64,000 nt of DNA from positions 20,646,001-20,710,000 of the forward strand of contig CATNEN010000001.1 of assembly GCA_950097015.1 (NCBI GenBank), read 5' to 3'. This DNA is from Macrostomum hystrix. Taxonomy: Eukaryota > Animalia > Platyhelminthes. The translations under genes and the position numbers were made by a program. This document shows positions 1-16,228 of this stretch, piece after piece. Within the stretch, counting starts at the first letter, position 1, and every line of letters begins with the position of its first letter. Under the pieces are notes generated by a model. It was not told the DNA's origin and made no database searches. It saw only the letters and a program-made list of their open reading frames with translations.

Positions 1-606
1 TAGACTCACTCAGTCTGAGGATCTGGGAGTAGACTCACTAAGTCTGAGGATTTGGGAGTAGACTCACTCAGTCTGAGGATCTGGGAGTAGACTCACTAAG
101 TCTGAGGATCTGGGAGTAGACTCACTCAGTCTGAGGATCTGGGAGTAGACTCACTCAGTCTGAGTATCTGGGAGTAGACTCACTCAGTCTGAGGATCTGG
201 GAGTAGACTCACTCAGTCTGAGGATCTGGGAGTAGACTCACTCAGTCTGAGGATCTGGGAGTAGACTCACTCAGTCTGAGGATCTGGGAGTAGACTCACT
301 CAGTCTGAGGATCTGGGAGTATACTCACTCAGTCTGAGGATCTTGGAGTAGACTCAGTCAGTCTGAGGATCTGGGAGTAGACTCACTCAGTCTGAGGATC
401 TGGGAGTAGACTCAGTCAGTCTGAGGATCTGGGAGTATACTCACTCAGTCTGAGGATCTTGGAGTAGACTCAGTCAGTCTGAGGATCTGGGAGTAGACTC
501 ACTCAGTCTGAGTATCTGGGAGTATACTCACTCAGTCTGAGGATCTGGGAGTAGACTCACTCAGTCTGAGGATCTGGGAGTAGACTCAGTCAGTCTGAGG
601 ATCTGG
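1..606. repeat. 29-bp minisatellite (TAGACTCACTCAGTCTGAGGATCTGGGAG)n, ~21 copies, runs off the window start
   Basis: Directly visible, near-perfect tandem units. Confidence 0.97.
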
Positions 607-608
607 AA

Positions 609-646
609 TGTGCAGAACTGCCTCCTCGCTGGCTGTGGGTCCAGTT
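609..646 (+). mobile_element. 3' fragment of the tRNA-derived SINE family
   Basis: gcagaactgcctcctcgctggctgtgggtccagt matches gcagaattgcctcctcgctggctgcgggtctagt near the 3' end of the SINE at 26418-26735. Confidence 0.7.
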
Positions 647-1032
647 AAACTGCATTTACTGTAAAGTAGATCTCAGATAGCGGATTCAGAAAGCTGTGAA
701 AACACAGTAGCCAAGTTAATTAATTATTAAAATGTTTCAGACAGTATAAAATGTGAAATGTTGGATTTATATTTAGCATTTTGCAGACAGAAAACCAATC
801 AATTGACCATCGGGATATCAGAAGTTGTTTAAATAATTTCACGAAAAAGAAGTATTACAATTTATAAAGATTGAAGAGATAAAAAAATTAAAACTGTACT
901 TGAAATGACTTATGAAACAGATTTACAATTTGTTTGTCAGAATCAGCAAAATCAGTGTTTTTTCAGCCTCATTAAGTGATGGATAGGAAATGGAGTTTAG
1001 TTTTGTTGATCAAACAGCACCAGAATCGGATT

Positions 1033-3668
<2,636 letters not shown>

Positions 3669-4083
3669 TGTCTAATTAACCAGAATAATTAGACAATAAG
3701 ATAATTTACCGATTTGATACTAACAAGAAGAATAACCAGAAGTTCCTTTAATAAAATGTGAGGTATTTCTAAAATTAAATAATATATATACAAAAACTTT
3801 TACCATATAAACAAAATGCCGATTTCTACATTTAAATAATATAATTTCGTAGAATGTTCTTTATAATTTGATAACAAAAGTATTTTACTCAAAATATAAC
3901 ATAACATTATATATTCTTTTTAAGTAACAAGTTTATTTTTCTGGTTTTAATTTCTCCGGCAGATGACAATTTTTAAAACGCTATTCCATGTTAAGAAGTA
4001 TTTATTTGTTGCAGTTGCATGAGTCATTGTTGTATTAATTGGACTAAGTTTTATTTTATCACTTTGGTTCCAAGGAATAACAA
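3669..4083. promoter_or_regulatory. Short AT-rich divergent intergenic region; probable bidirectional promoter for CTSD and SCAMP
   Basis: The two start codons face away from each other 415 bp apart (3668 on -, 4084 on +). No core promoter elements identified. Confidence 0.5.
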
Positions 4084-7000
4084 ATGAGTGACTTCGGTGA
4101 CAATCCTTTCGGTGATCCGAAATCAGGACCCAGTGCTGATCCGTTCTCTGTAAGTTATATTCTGCATGAGTTGTGACTTGTGACTTGTGCTGGCATTAAA
4201 AAATGTATGCCTGTGTTTTGTGCTGTAGGCCATAATTGTTACTTACAATTTTTTTTTCTAGTTTATCTTCCTCAGATAGGTTTATGTCTGCATTGCATTA
4301 GAGGCCATTATAAGTTGACAAAATATGCCGCCTTAGCCCACCTACCAGTTTCCATTTCCTTATTTAAAGATCCGAAAAACTTGCATAATATACATATTAC
4401 AAATAGCTTGCTATACAGCTAGGTCATACAAAGAAATAAAAAAGTTTTGGTATTAGAAATTAGTTACAAAAAACATTGTGTCTTCCAAAATCTCTGCTTT
4501 CAAAGAAAATTTATCAATAAAAAAGGAAAAACTTTTTTATTACAAGCTACTTTACAAGCAGGCTTTATATTTTTTTTTCACAATTTCTAGTCTGTTTTTT
4601 AATGAAATTTTTTTATTTTAAAATCTAAGATTAGCTTGGCCTAACTAGCTATAAAGAATACCTGACTAAAAATTTATGAATAAAATGAAAAATCCATATT
4701 AAGTATACTATATACAAATCTTCTAAGCAAGTTTTCTATCCAACTTTTTAGGACCCATCTGTGCAGCAGGCTAAAACAAGCACTGGTGGTTCAGCTTCAG
4801 TTCAGGATTTCAATCCATTTGACAAGAAAACAGCATCTGGCCCAGCTGTCAGTCAGCCAGCTGTGCTGCCCACTACTAGCAGTAGCATGCCGCAGGAGCC
4901 GCCGCCTTACACACCCAGCTTTCCGCAGCAGCAGCAGCAGAAGATCAACATGGATGAGCTGGAAAAGCGACAGCAGGAACTGGAAGCCAAGGCCAGGGAA
5001 TTGGAGAGGCGAGAAGAGGAGCAGAGACAGCGAGAGCAAGCAATGAGCTCTAGTGGATGTGAGCTCAACATTGTTTATCACATTGTACGAGTATATGTCA
5101 AAATCATAGGCCTATCATATGTATGATATGAATCATATGTACCATGACCCAACTCTCCCCTCTCTCATCCCTCTCTTGTCTCATCTCCTCACTATCTAGT
5201 ATTTTCTTATCCTATCTTATTTTATCGAGAATCATCTCTCTCCTATCTCATCTCCCTGGTCTCATCTCTCCCCTGTCTCATCTCTTACCTGTCTCATCTC
5301 TTCCCTTTCTCATCTCTTCCCTTTCTCATCTCTTCCCAGTCTCATCTCTCCCCTGTCTCATCTCTCCACTGTCTCTTCTCTCCCACTGTCTCATCTCTCC
5401 CCAGTGTCTCATCTCTCCCCAGTGTCTCATCTCTCCCCAGTGTCTCATCTTTTCCCTGTCTCATCTCTCCCCTGTCTCATCTCTCCACTGTCTCATCTCT
5501 CCCCAGTGTCTCATCTCTTCCCTGTCTCATCTCTCCCCTGTCACATCTCTCCACTGTCTTATCTCTCCCCTGTCTTATCTCTCCCCAGTGTCTCATCTCT
5601 CCCCTGTCTCATCTCTTCCCTGTCTCATCTCTTCCCAGTCTCATCTCTCCCCTGTCTCATCTCTCCCCTGTCTCTTCTCTCCCACTGTCTCATCTCTCCC
5701 CAGTGTCTCATCTCTCCCCAGTGTCTCATCTCTCCCCAGTGTCTCATCTCTCCCCAGTGTCTCATCTCTTCCCTATCTCATCTCTCCACTGTTTCTTCTC
5801 TCCCACTGTCTCATCTCTCCCCTGTCTCATCTCTCCCCTCAATGCCTTAATGTCTTATGACTTATGTCTTCTCTCAATGTCTTATCTCTTCTTAGTCTCA
5901 CCTTATCCGGTGTCTAATCCATCCCATGCATCCCTTTGTAACTAAGCTAGATTTCGATCTAAGCAGATAAACTTCCAATTAATCCAGGCAGAACTGCAAC
6001 TCCCCAATATTTACAGTGCGGGCGCACAACTGGCCGCCTTTGCCTTCCTTCTCTCCCGTTGGTCCGTGCTTCTATCAGGACATCGACCTGGAAATCCCGT
6101 TGGAATTCCGTCGGCTAGTTCAACTGGCCTATTACCTGTGGATGGCGCATGCGTCTTTACTACTGATTAACATCATCGGAGCCATCACCTATTTCATTGC
6201 TGTACAAGAGAACAAGGCCAACGCTGGCACTGTGTTCGGAGTGTCTCTCATTGTGTTTGTCATCTTCACACCGGCCTCCTATGTCTGCTGGTTTAGGCCC
6301 CTGTACAAGGCATTCAAGTGAGTCATTTTTCGAGATTTTTTTAGTTAAATCCTACAATAATGGCAGGTATAATTACGAGTCATTAATCCCTTCATCTCAT
6401 TGTACTACTCTAGTCTGAGAGTCGTTAATCCCTTCATCTCATGGTACTACTCTAGTCTGAGGTTCGTTAATCCCTTCATCTCATTGTACTACTATAGTCA
6501 GAGGTTCGTTAATCCCTTCATCTCAAGATCCTACTCTAGTCAGAGAGTCGTTAATCCCTTCATCTCATGGTACTATAGTCTGAGAGTCGTTAATCCCTTC
6601 ATCTCATGGTACTCTATTCTGAGAGTCGTTAATCCCTTCATCTCATGGTACTTCTCTAGTCTGAGAGTCGTTAATCCCTTGATCTCATGGTACTACTCTA
6701 GTCTGAGAGTCGTTAATCCCTTGATCTCATGGTACTACTCTAGTCTGAGAGTCGTTAATCCATTCATCTCATGTTACTTCTCTAGTCTGAGAATCGTTAA
6801 TCCCTTGATCTCATAGTACTCTAGTCTGAGAGTCGTTAATCCATTCATCTCATGTTACTTCTCTAGTCTGAGAATCGTTAATCCCTTGATCTCATGGTAC
6901 TCTAGTCTGAGAGTCGTTAATGCCTTCATCTTATTGTACTACTCTAGTCAGAGGTTCGTTAATCCCTTCATCTCATAATCCTACTCTAGTCAGAGGTTCG

Positions 7001-8631
7001 TTAATCCCTTCATCTCATAATCCTACTCTAGTCTGAGAGTCGTTAATCCCTTGATCTCATAGTACTCTAGTCTGAGAGTCGTTAATCCATTCATCTCATG
7101 TTACTTCTCTAGTCTGAGAATCGTTAATCCCTTGATCTCATGGTACTCTAGTCTGAGAGTCGTTAATGCCTTCATCTTATTGTACTACTCTAGTCAGAGG
7201 TTCGTTAATCCCTTCATCTCATAATCCTACTCTAGTCAGAGGTTCGTTAATCCCTTCATCTCATAATCCTACTCTAGTCAGAGGTTCGTTAATCCCTTCA
7301 TCTCATAATCCTACTCTAGTCAGAGGTTCGTTAATCCCTTCATCTCATAATCCTACTCTAGTCAGAGGTTCGTTAATCCCTTCATCTCATAATCCTACTC
7401 TAGTCTGAGAGTCGTTAATCCCTTCATCTCATGGTACTCTAGTCTGAGAGTCGTTAATCCCTTCATCTCATGTTACTTCTCTAGTCAGAGAATCGTTAAT
7501 TCCTTCATCTCATGGTACTACTCTAGCCAGAGAGTCGTTAATCACTTTCATCTTAGTATCCTCAGTGTTTTGATGAACGAAAGGTCTCATTTGAGTGTCG
7601 TTAGTTATCTTTGTTCCATGCTCTTATAGATCAGTAAACGTAAACTCACCTGCTTTAGCCATAGAAAAGCCTTATCCGTTTACGTATTCGCAAATTCTTG
7701 CCGCGCAGGAGTGACAGCAGTTTCAATTTCTTTCTATTCTTCCTGATGCTGTTTGCGCAATTCGTCATCTTGGCCATCCAGTGCCTGGGCCTCGACTATC
7801 TGGGCTCGTGCGGCTGGATCAACGCCTTCGTCATGATGAAACAGAGTACACCTGTTGGTGTGCTCATGCTACTCATTGCCTTGGCGTTCACCGCTTTAGC
7901 CTCCTTGGACCTGGTGCTTCTGATTCGGGTAAGAATAAAAAACTCTTTAGTCTGCAAAGCGAATACAATCGGTGGTGGTGGACCTAAGAAGGGCCGTTTT
8001 AACGTCACATTTTCTACGCATAGAATCTATAGACTAAAACAGTAGGACAAAACGAGCAGCGGAAATAATCCTGTTCTGAAATCGGTTCTGGTCGTATCTA
8101 TTAGAATTTCTTGCGTAAAGACAATTAGCTTTCACACCAATTGACTTTGAGTCCTTCCTCCCAAAACAGATTTGATGAATTCGTTAAAACTTATAGTGCT
8201 TCGAGACAAAATAGGAAAAACTAGAGAAAGAGTCCTTATAATTTTTAATGGATACATAAAAAGAACACGTTTTGTAGTTGACTTTTTGGGGTGGACCTAA
8301 ATAGGGCCGTTGTTAAATTAATTTTTTTATTTTTAGCGCAAATTTTATCCGCACTACTGTTAGTAGGGTAGAAAGATATTAGGGTAGAAACGATTAATAA
8401 ATCACTAATTAGCAGCGTCTACGGGATGTATAAATAGCGTCTTCGCCTCCCGCCCAGGTGCACCGAATCTACCGCAGCACCGGTGCCAGCTTTGCCAAGG
8501 CGCGCCAGGAATTCAGCCAGGGCGTCCTGACAAGCGACGCCGTCAGGGGCGCCGCGGCAGACGCTGCCACGGCTACAGCCAGGTCAGCCTTCACCGGCGG
8601 CAGCAGCGGAGGAGGAGGCGGTCGCTACTAA
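4084..8631 (+). CDS. SCAMP: Secretory carrier-associated membrane protein (SCAMP family), 5 exons
   Basis: Exons 4084-4149, 4752-5058, 6017-6317, 7709-7928, 8458-8631; GT-AG and in phase. N-terminal NPF/DPF motifs (MSDFGDNPF), PPPY motif, coiled coil ELEAKARELERREEE, NWPPLP...PCFYQDI, four TM segments, E-peptide CWFRPLYKAFKSDSSFNF, C-terminal VHRIYRSTGASFAKARQEF. Confidence 0.95.
5195..5840. repeat. Pyrimidine-rich 16/18-bp minisatellite (TGTCTCATCTCTCCCC[AG]) in SCAMP intron 2
   Basis: Visible tandem units. Confidence 0.92.
6376..7550. repeat. 39/42-bp minisatellite (TACTCTAGTCTGAGAGTCGTTAATCCCTTCATCTCATGGTAC) in SCAMP intron 3
   Basis: Visible tandem units, ~28 copies. Confidence 0.95.
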
Positions 8632-9439
8632 TCAGAGACCCGTTCGCTCTTACTGCTGATCCCTCTTTATCTTATTTAATCATATTTCATCCCTCATTAA
8701 TTATGAACTGATGTGGCTGTAACTGTTATATTGCGTTGCTTATGGCAATATGTGTGGGTTCACTTTAACCAGAGACAAATACGTTTATATTTTTCCACTA
8801 AAACGGCCCTTTTGGGGGCCACCATAGGCAGAATACAACATAAACCAGTGTTATCGAATTTGTGTTTGAAGCTTGTCGAGTCTAAGTCGTTTTAATGTAA
8901 TAATGTACTCGCCATACTACTCAAGTAGTTCGCAATCCCAATAAATCGTGATTATCCTAGCTAATTTTTCAACTCTCGACTTTAAATAAATTATTTGTCG
9001 TTTTAGAGGCTGTTTTTCATAATTCCAACGTTTTATTTGCTCGCTTATCTTATTTTCTTCTTGCAATGTGCCCTATTGCCTACTAACTGACATGACAGTA
9101 AGCAGATGCATATGCACCGGCGCCGTTATTGTTTTTCTGCCGAAGTTTCAAACATTCGCAATATTTTATTTTACGAAGTCGTTTTTTTCACATTTCAAGC
9201 ATTGCTACACTGAAGAGCTGTCCCACTGCTCTGTCTGTGCTAATCCCATGATTCTACTTTTACAATTATTTTGAGTAGTGTGTTATGCACTTGTATGCAT
9301 TAACTTTAGTAATGAGTCTAATAGCTACTGTTTATCGATTCTACTATAATTTATAATCCCCGAAACCTGGATCATAAAGTTCTAAAAATGGCTAGAACCT
9401 CGAAATCGTTAACTCCAAATATACCAGAGTACTTTGTAC

Positions 9440-9633
9440 TCTAAAGTACAAATGTCCTAAAGTACAAATATCCGAAAGTACGAATATAATAAAGTACAAA
9501 TATCATAAAGTACAAATATCCTAAAGTACAAATATCATAAAGTACAAATTTCCTAAAGTACAAATATCTTAAAGTACAAATATCCTAAAGTACAAATATC
9601 CTAAAGTACAAATATCCTAAAATTCAAATATCC
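9440..9633. repeat. 17-bp tandem repeat (AAAGTACAAATATCCTA)n
   Basis: ~11 visible copies. Confidence 0.9.
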
Positions 9634-10715
9634 CACGTCTGTAAAAAATCACCTGATAAAGAAGCCCCTATCCTTGATCCTTAGATCTCCGAATTCCTTC
9701 AATTCCGTAGATTCCACAGAATTCCACGAAATTTCAACCTTAAACCATTAAAACGTTATACGTTGTTATTTATTTATGAAAAATGTGTGAAAACTCACCC
9801 AGCAAATTCTGTTCAGTGTTGTAAGCCCAATATTACCTATTCGATTAATTAGAAAAAAACTCATATTTAAGCTGCTTGTTTTGCTTTTTGCTTTTGCCAA
9901 TTTACTTTTTTGTTGTTGTTGTTGTTGTCATTTCTGGCCAATAATCAAGGTAAAGATAAGCTTTTTATTTTATTTAGCTATTCAATGTAACCTGAATTTA
10001 TTATTCGAATAAATTTGAATATATTTAATACTATGAACTAAAATAAATCACTTATAAGCAAATTGTCACTATAAACCATTTGTGATCTAAGCGTTTTTTA
10101 TTATGGTCTTCAAATTACATCATCGCCTAAAAGTAACACCCCTGTGGCTGTACAATTAGCTAATAAAGCTCAACCAGGGCCCCCTGACCAGTGTTTACAC
10201 AGATTTGTCGCTGGGCAGTAACTGGGTCAAATTCTTATCTAATCTGCTTGTGGCAGCGACCAGCAAGCAGTGCGCAAAATGAATTTTATCCAAAGATTTG
10301 CCAATTTAGCGCGAGGTGACAGGCAGTTTTTGTTATAAATGGTTGCCAAGCTGTATACACGCAGAGTTACCTGAAGTTTTAAATAAAGGCTGAAAGCTGA
10401 AAAGTTTGGTTGGCAATTTTTTGTTTTCGTCGAATTTTTCAATTTTAATCATTATACAGTTCGGTAAGTTCTTCAAATTGAAAGTTTATTAATTTTCTAC
10501 CAAAAGTCTATTTTCCCTTCTCATCAGGAGAGACCCTACAGGATAAAGGGATGTGACAATTGAGGAAATCTAAGATAACCACCGAATCAACACGACAATT
10601 CCTGTGACGAAAATACCACATTATAGATTTAGGTCAAACATTATTTTGTTAAATATTTAATACCTGCTTACTTAATTACCAATCATACTCATCGAAAATA
10701 GCTCGGGATAATCCA

Positions 10716-11676
10716 CTGTTCTCATACTGTTCTCATACTGTTCTCACACTATTCTCATTCAGTTCTCACATACTTCTCACTTTGTTCGCATACTGTTCTC
10801 ATATTGTTCTCATACTGTTCTCACACTGTTCTCATAATGTTCTCATACTGTTCTCATACTGTTCTCATATTGTTCTCATACTGTTCTCATACTGTTCTCA
10901 CACTGTTCTCATACTGTTCTCATATTGTTCTCATACTGTTCTCATATTGTTCCCATACTGATCTCATACTGTTCTCATATTGTTCTCATACTGTTCTCAT
11001 ACTGTTCTCATATTGTTCTCATACTGTTCTCATACTGTTCTCATACTGTTCTCACACTGTTCTCACACTATTCTCATTCACTTCTCGCATACTTCTCATT
11101 TTGTTCGCATAACTGTTCTCATACTGTTCTCAAACTGTTCTCATATTGTTCTCATACTGTTCTCATACTGTTCTCACACTGTTCTCATACTGTTCTCACA
11201 CTGTTCTCACACTATTCTCATTCACTTCTCGCATACTTCTCATTTTGTTCGCATAACTGTTCTCATACTGTTCTCAAACTGTTCTCATATTGTTCTCATA
11301 CTGTTCTCATACTGTTCTCACACTGTTCTCACACTGTTCTCATACTGTTCTCACACTATTCTCATTCAGTTCTCACATACTTCTCATTTTGTTCGCATAC
11401 TGTTCTCATACTGTTCTCATATTGTTCTCACACTATTCTCATACTGTTCTCATATTGTTCTCACACTGTTCTCATACTGTTCTCATATTGTTCTCACACT
11501 ATTCTCATACTGTTCTCATATTGTTCTCACACTGTTCTCATACTGTTCTCATATTGTTCTCACACTATTCTCATAGTGTTCTCACATAGTTCTCATAGTG
11601 TTCTCACACTGCTCTCATACTGTTCTCACACTGTTCTCACACTATTTTCATACTGTTCTCACATAGTTCTCACACT
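10716..11676. repeat. 11-bp minisatellite (TGTTCTCATAC)n directly upstream of the first coding exon of PPT1
   Basis: Visible tandem units with internal higher-order duplications; source of the FSYCSHTVLI ORFs. Confidence 0.96.
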
Positions 11677-11687
11677 GTGGCAGCAGA

Positions 11688-14462
11688 ATGCGTGGACTAA
11701 TCGGAAGCCCTAGCCTGGCAATCTGCCTGGCGGTGTTGGCCAGCCTGTTAGGCAGCCCAGCTGAAGCGGTGACTCCCATTGTACTTTGGCACGGAATGGG
11801 TGACAGCTGCTGCAACCCGCTGTCGCTGGGCTCCGTCAAGAAGCTGCTGGAGCAGCAGCTGCCGGGAGTGTACGTGTACTCTGTGCAGATCGGCAACAAC
11901 ATGGCCGAGGACATCGAGAAAGGCTTCCTGTCAAACGCCAACAGCCAGGTGGAGCAGGTGTGCCAGAAGATTCGCTCGGATCCCAATCTGAGGGGCGGCT
12001 ACAACTCCATCGGCTTCTCGCAGGGCTCCCAGTTCCTGCGGGCTCTTGTTCAGCGCTGCCCGACGCCGCGAATGAAGAATCTGGTATCGGTGGGCGGTCA
12101 GCACCAGGGCGTGTACGGATTTCCCCGGTGTCCCGGCTCCAGCATCAGCCTCTGCAACTATGTGCGCGAGCTGCTCAACTTGGGAGCTTACGTGGGCTTC
12201 GTGCAGAACAAGTGAGCACGACTGCTAAAAATTTTGAGTTCTCACAGCTCAATTTAAGATGACGGTTTCAAATTAGAGGTACTGGAAAGATTCTGGTTTT
12301 AACTGCGGATCTGGGAGAACAGTGTTCAGATTGACACTGAAATCTTCCCAGATCCTCAGATTGACACTGAAATCTTCCCAGATCCTCAGATTGACACTGA
12401 AATCTTCCCAGATCCTCAGATTGACACTGGAATCTTCCCAGATCCTCAGATTGATACTGAAATCTTCCCAGATCCTCAGATTGACACTGGAATCTTCCCA
12501 GATCCTCAGATTGACACTGGAATCTTCCCAGATCCTCAGATTGACACTGGAATCTTCCCGGATCCTCAGATTGACACTGGAATCTTCCCAGATCCTCAGA
12601 TTGACACTGGAATCTTCCCAGATCCTCAGATTGACACTGGAATCTTCCCAGATCCTCAGATTGATACTGAAATCTTCCCAGATCCTCAGATTGACACTGG
12701 AATCTTCCCAGATCCTCAGATTGACACTGGAATCTTCCCAGATCCTCAGATTGACACTGGAATCTTCCCGGATCCTCAGATTGATACTGGAATCTTCCCA
12801 GATCCTCAGATTGACACTGGAATCTTCCCAGATCCTCAGATTGACACTGGAATCTTCCCGGATCCTCAGATTGACACTGGAATCTTCCCAGATCCTCAGA
12901 TTGACACTGGAATCTTCCCAGATCCTCAGATTGATACTGAAATCTTCCCAGATCCTCAGATTGACACTGGAATCTTCCCAGATCCTCAGATTGACACTGG
13001 AATCTTCCCAGATCCTCAGATTGACACTGGAATCTTCCCGGATCCTCAGATTGATACTGGAATCTTCCCAGATCCTCAGATTGATACTGGAATCTTGCCA
13101 GAGCTAGTGGGACATCTAGGAGTATATATCAGTATCTAGGAAAATTCAAATATCAGTCTGAGGACCTGAAAAGATCCAGCTTTTAATCATAGGAATCTTG
13201 GAAGATTTTACCTTAAAATATGCACGGCTAGCATTGACCCGATTCCAGCGTCATTCAAGCCCAGTACTGGCATGATCCGTTAAACGAAGACGAATACAAG
13301 CAGAAGTCAATTTTCATTGCGGAAATCAACAATGAAGTGGTGAGTGAAACGACTTTTTTTTCAAGCGGTGTCAAGTCAGTTGTCCTTCGGTGTTCACATG
13401 TTAGACATTGTTCCCACAACCCACAGACCGTGAACCAGACTTACGTAGCCAATCTGCAGACGCTGAGCAACCTGGTGCTGGTGAAGTTCCTGAACGACAC
13501 CATGGTGGAACCGCGAGAGAGCGAATGGTTTGGCTTCTACGGTCCGGGACAGGACAAGACTGTGCTACCGCTGAGAATGACTGCTCTGTACACACAGGTA
13601 CTTATGGTTGATGATCACTCGATGGGAAGAGAACTGATTGGGAAGAGAACTGATTGGGAAGAGAACTGATTGGGAAGAGAACTGATTGGGAAGAGAACTG
13701 ATTGGGAAGAGAACTGATTGGGAAGAGAACTGATTGGGAAGAGAACTGATTGGGAAGACAATCAATGGCCTGATTGGGAAGACAATCGATGACCTGATTG
13801 GGAAGACAATCGATGACACGATTGGGAAGACAATCAATGGCCTGATTGGGAAGACAATCGATGACCTGATTGGAAAGACAATCAATGACCTGATTGGGAA
13901 GGCAATCGATGACATGATTGGGAAGACAATCGATGACCTGATTGGGAAGACAATCGATGACCTGATTGGAAAGACAATCAATGGCCTGATTGGGAAGACA
14001 ATCGATGACCTGATTAGGAAGACAATCGATGACATGATTGGGAAGACAATCGATGACCTGATTGGAAAGACAATCAATGGCCTGATTGGGAAGACAATCG
14101 ATGACCTGATTAGGAAGACAATCGATGACATGATTGGGAAGACAATCAATGGCCTGATTGGGAAGGCAATCGATGACATGATTGGGAAGACAATCAATGG
14201 CCTGATTGGGAAGACAATCGATGACATGATTGGGAAGGCAATCGATGACATGATTGGGAAGACAATCAATGACCTGATTAGGAAGACAATCGATTGCCCA
14301 ATTATAATAATCTCGCATTTTGTCATCATGCAGGATCGCTTGGGTCTGAAAGCCATGGACGCTGCAGGCAAATTGAAATTTCTAGCAACTGAAGGCGATC
14401 ACCTGCAGTTCACTGATACCTGGTTCATTCAGAACATCGTCAAGCCTTACCTCACCAATTAA
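11688..14462 (+). CDS. PPT1: Palmitoyl-protein thioesterase 1 (lysosomal), 4 coding exons, ~304 aa
   Basis: Exons 11688-12211, 13249-13339, 13427-13597, 14334-14462; GT-AG and in phase. Signal peptide; [17 protein letters not shown]; nucleophile GFSQG; [13 protein letters not shown]; QAQYWHDP; catalytic Asp in FLNDTMV; catalytic His in GDHLQF. Confidence 0.96.
12327..13097. repeat. 30-bp minisatellite (CAGATTGACACTGGAATCTTCCCAGATCCT)n in PPT1 intron 1
   Basis: ~26 near-identical copies; variant pattern recurs in blocks. Confidence 0.97.
13622..14296. repeat. Compound array in PPT1 intron 3: 16-bp (CTGATTGGGAAGAGAA) units switching to 24-bp (CTGATTGGGAAGACAATCGATGAC) units
   Basis: Visible tandem units. 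Confidence 0.95.
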
Positions 14463-14814
14463 TCAAGCGACTGATGAAATCGATTACTAACTCTACCAAA
14501 TCGGTCGAAGAAAAATGCAGGATCTCAAATTAATCTCCACTCCATTAAACGCGTCAATCGTAATCATTACCTACTTCGTGATTAACAGTAAAAATAAACT
14601 TGCACATTTTATCAATGGGGATTAGCAATCACTAATGATGAGAAAATTACATACCCAAGTTTGAAATAGTTTAGCAATATGTTTTTTACTGTGTTTATTC
14701 AGAAATACTGATTTCGCTGCTCAAATACTAACAGTAGTGCATTCAAAATGTTTTTACGTAGGTCAAAGGACACAATAAAACTATTTTGATCCCTCTTGTC
14801 TGTAAAGTTCATTG

Positions 14815-16228
14815 GCAGTGGGAATTGGAGAGTGTGGGATTCATGGGCTGTGGGGATTGGAGAGTGTGGGATTCATGGGCTGTGGGGATTGGAGAGTGTG
14901 GGTTTCATGGGCTGTGGGGATTGGAGAGTGTGGGATTCATGGGCTGTGGGGATTGGAGAGTGTGGGATTCATGGGCTGTGGGGATTGGAGAGTGTGGGAT
15001 TCATGGGCTGTGGGGATTGGAGAGTGTGGGATTCATGGGCTGTGGGGATTGGAGAGTGTGGGATTCATGGGCTGTGGGAATTGGAGAGTGTGGGATTCAT
15101 GGGCTGTGGGGATTGGAGAGTGTGGGATTCATGGGCTGTGGGGATTGGAGAGTGTGGGTTTCATGGGCTGTGGGGATTGGAGAGTGTGGGATTCATGGGC
15201 TGTGGGGATTGGAGAGTGTGGGATTCTGGCTGTGGGGATTGGAGAGTGTGGGATTCATGGGCTGTGGGGATTGGAGAGTGTGGGATTCTGGCTGTGGGGA
15301 TTGGAGAGTGTGGGATTCATGGGCTGTGGGGATTGGAGAGTGTGGGATTCATGGGCTGTGGGGATTGGAGAGTGTGGGATTCATGGGCTGTGGGGATTGG
15401 AGAGTGTGGGATTCATGGGCTGTGGGAATTGGAGAGTGTGGGATTCATGGGCTGTGGGAATTGGAGAGTGTGGGATTCATGGGCTGTGGGAATTGGAGAG
15501 TGTGGGATTCATGGGCTGTGGGGATTGGAGAGTGTGGGATTCATGGGCTGTGGGGATTGGAGAGTGTGGGATTCATGGGCTGTGGGGATTGGAGAGTGTG
15601 GGATTCATGGGCTGTGGGGATTGGAGAGTGTGGGATTCATGGGCTGTGGGGATTGGAGAGTGTGGGATTCTGGCTGTGGGGATTGGAGAGTGTGGGATTC
15701 ATGGGCTGTGAGGATTGGAGAGTGTGGGATTCATGGGCTGTGGGGATTGGAGAGTGTGGGATTCATGGGCTGTGAGGATTGGAGAGTGTGGGATTCATGG
15801 GCTGTGGGGATTGGAGAGTGTGGGATTCATGGGCTGTGGGGATTGGAGAGTGTGGGATTCATGGGCTGTGGGGATTGGAGAGTGTGGGATTCATGGGCTG
15901 TGGGGATTGGAGAGTGAGGGATTCTTGGGCTGTGGGGATTGGAGAGTATGGAATTCATGGGCTGTTGGGATTGGAGAGTGTGGGATTCTGGCTGTGGGGA
16001 TTGGAGAGTATGGAATTCATGGGCTGTTGGGATTGGAGAGTGTGGGATTCATGGGCTGGGAGGATTGGAGAGTGTGGGATTCATGGGCTGTGGGGATTGG
16101 AGAGTGTGGGATTCATGGGCTGGGAGGATTGGAGAGTGTGGGATTCATGGGCTGGGAGGATTGGAGAGTGTGGGATTCATGGGCTGTGGGGATTGGAGAG
16201 TGTGGGATTCTGGCTGTGGGGATTGGAG
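14815..16228. repeat. 32-bp G-rich minisatellite (GGATTCATGGGCTGTGGGGATTGGAGAGTGTG)n, ~44 copies
   Basis: Visible tandem units; source of the ESVGFMGCGDW ORFs. Confidence 0.97.

Noticed and set aside
1-606. Regular 29-42-bp repeats resembling CRISPR arrays
   Set aside because: No unique spacers, no cas genes, and a eukaryotic context; they are plain tandem repeats.
13622-14296. CCAAT-box multimers in this array and in those at 14815, 23394 and 49082
   Set aside because: A 5-mer in a few of ~30 array units is not clearly above chance, and none is in a promoter context.
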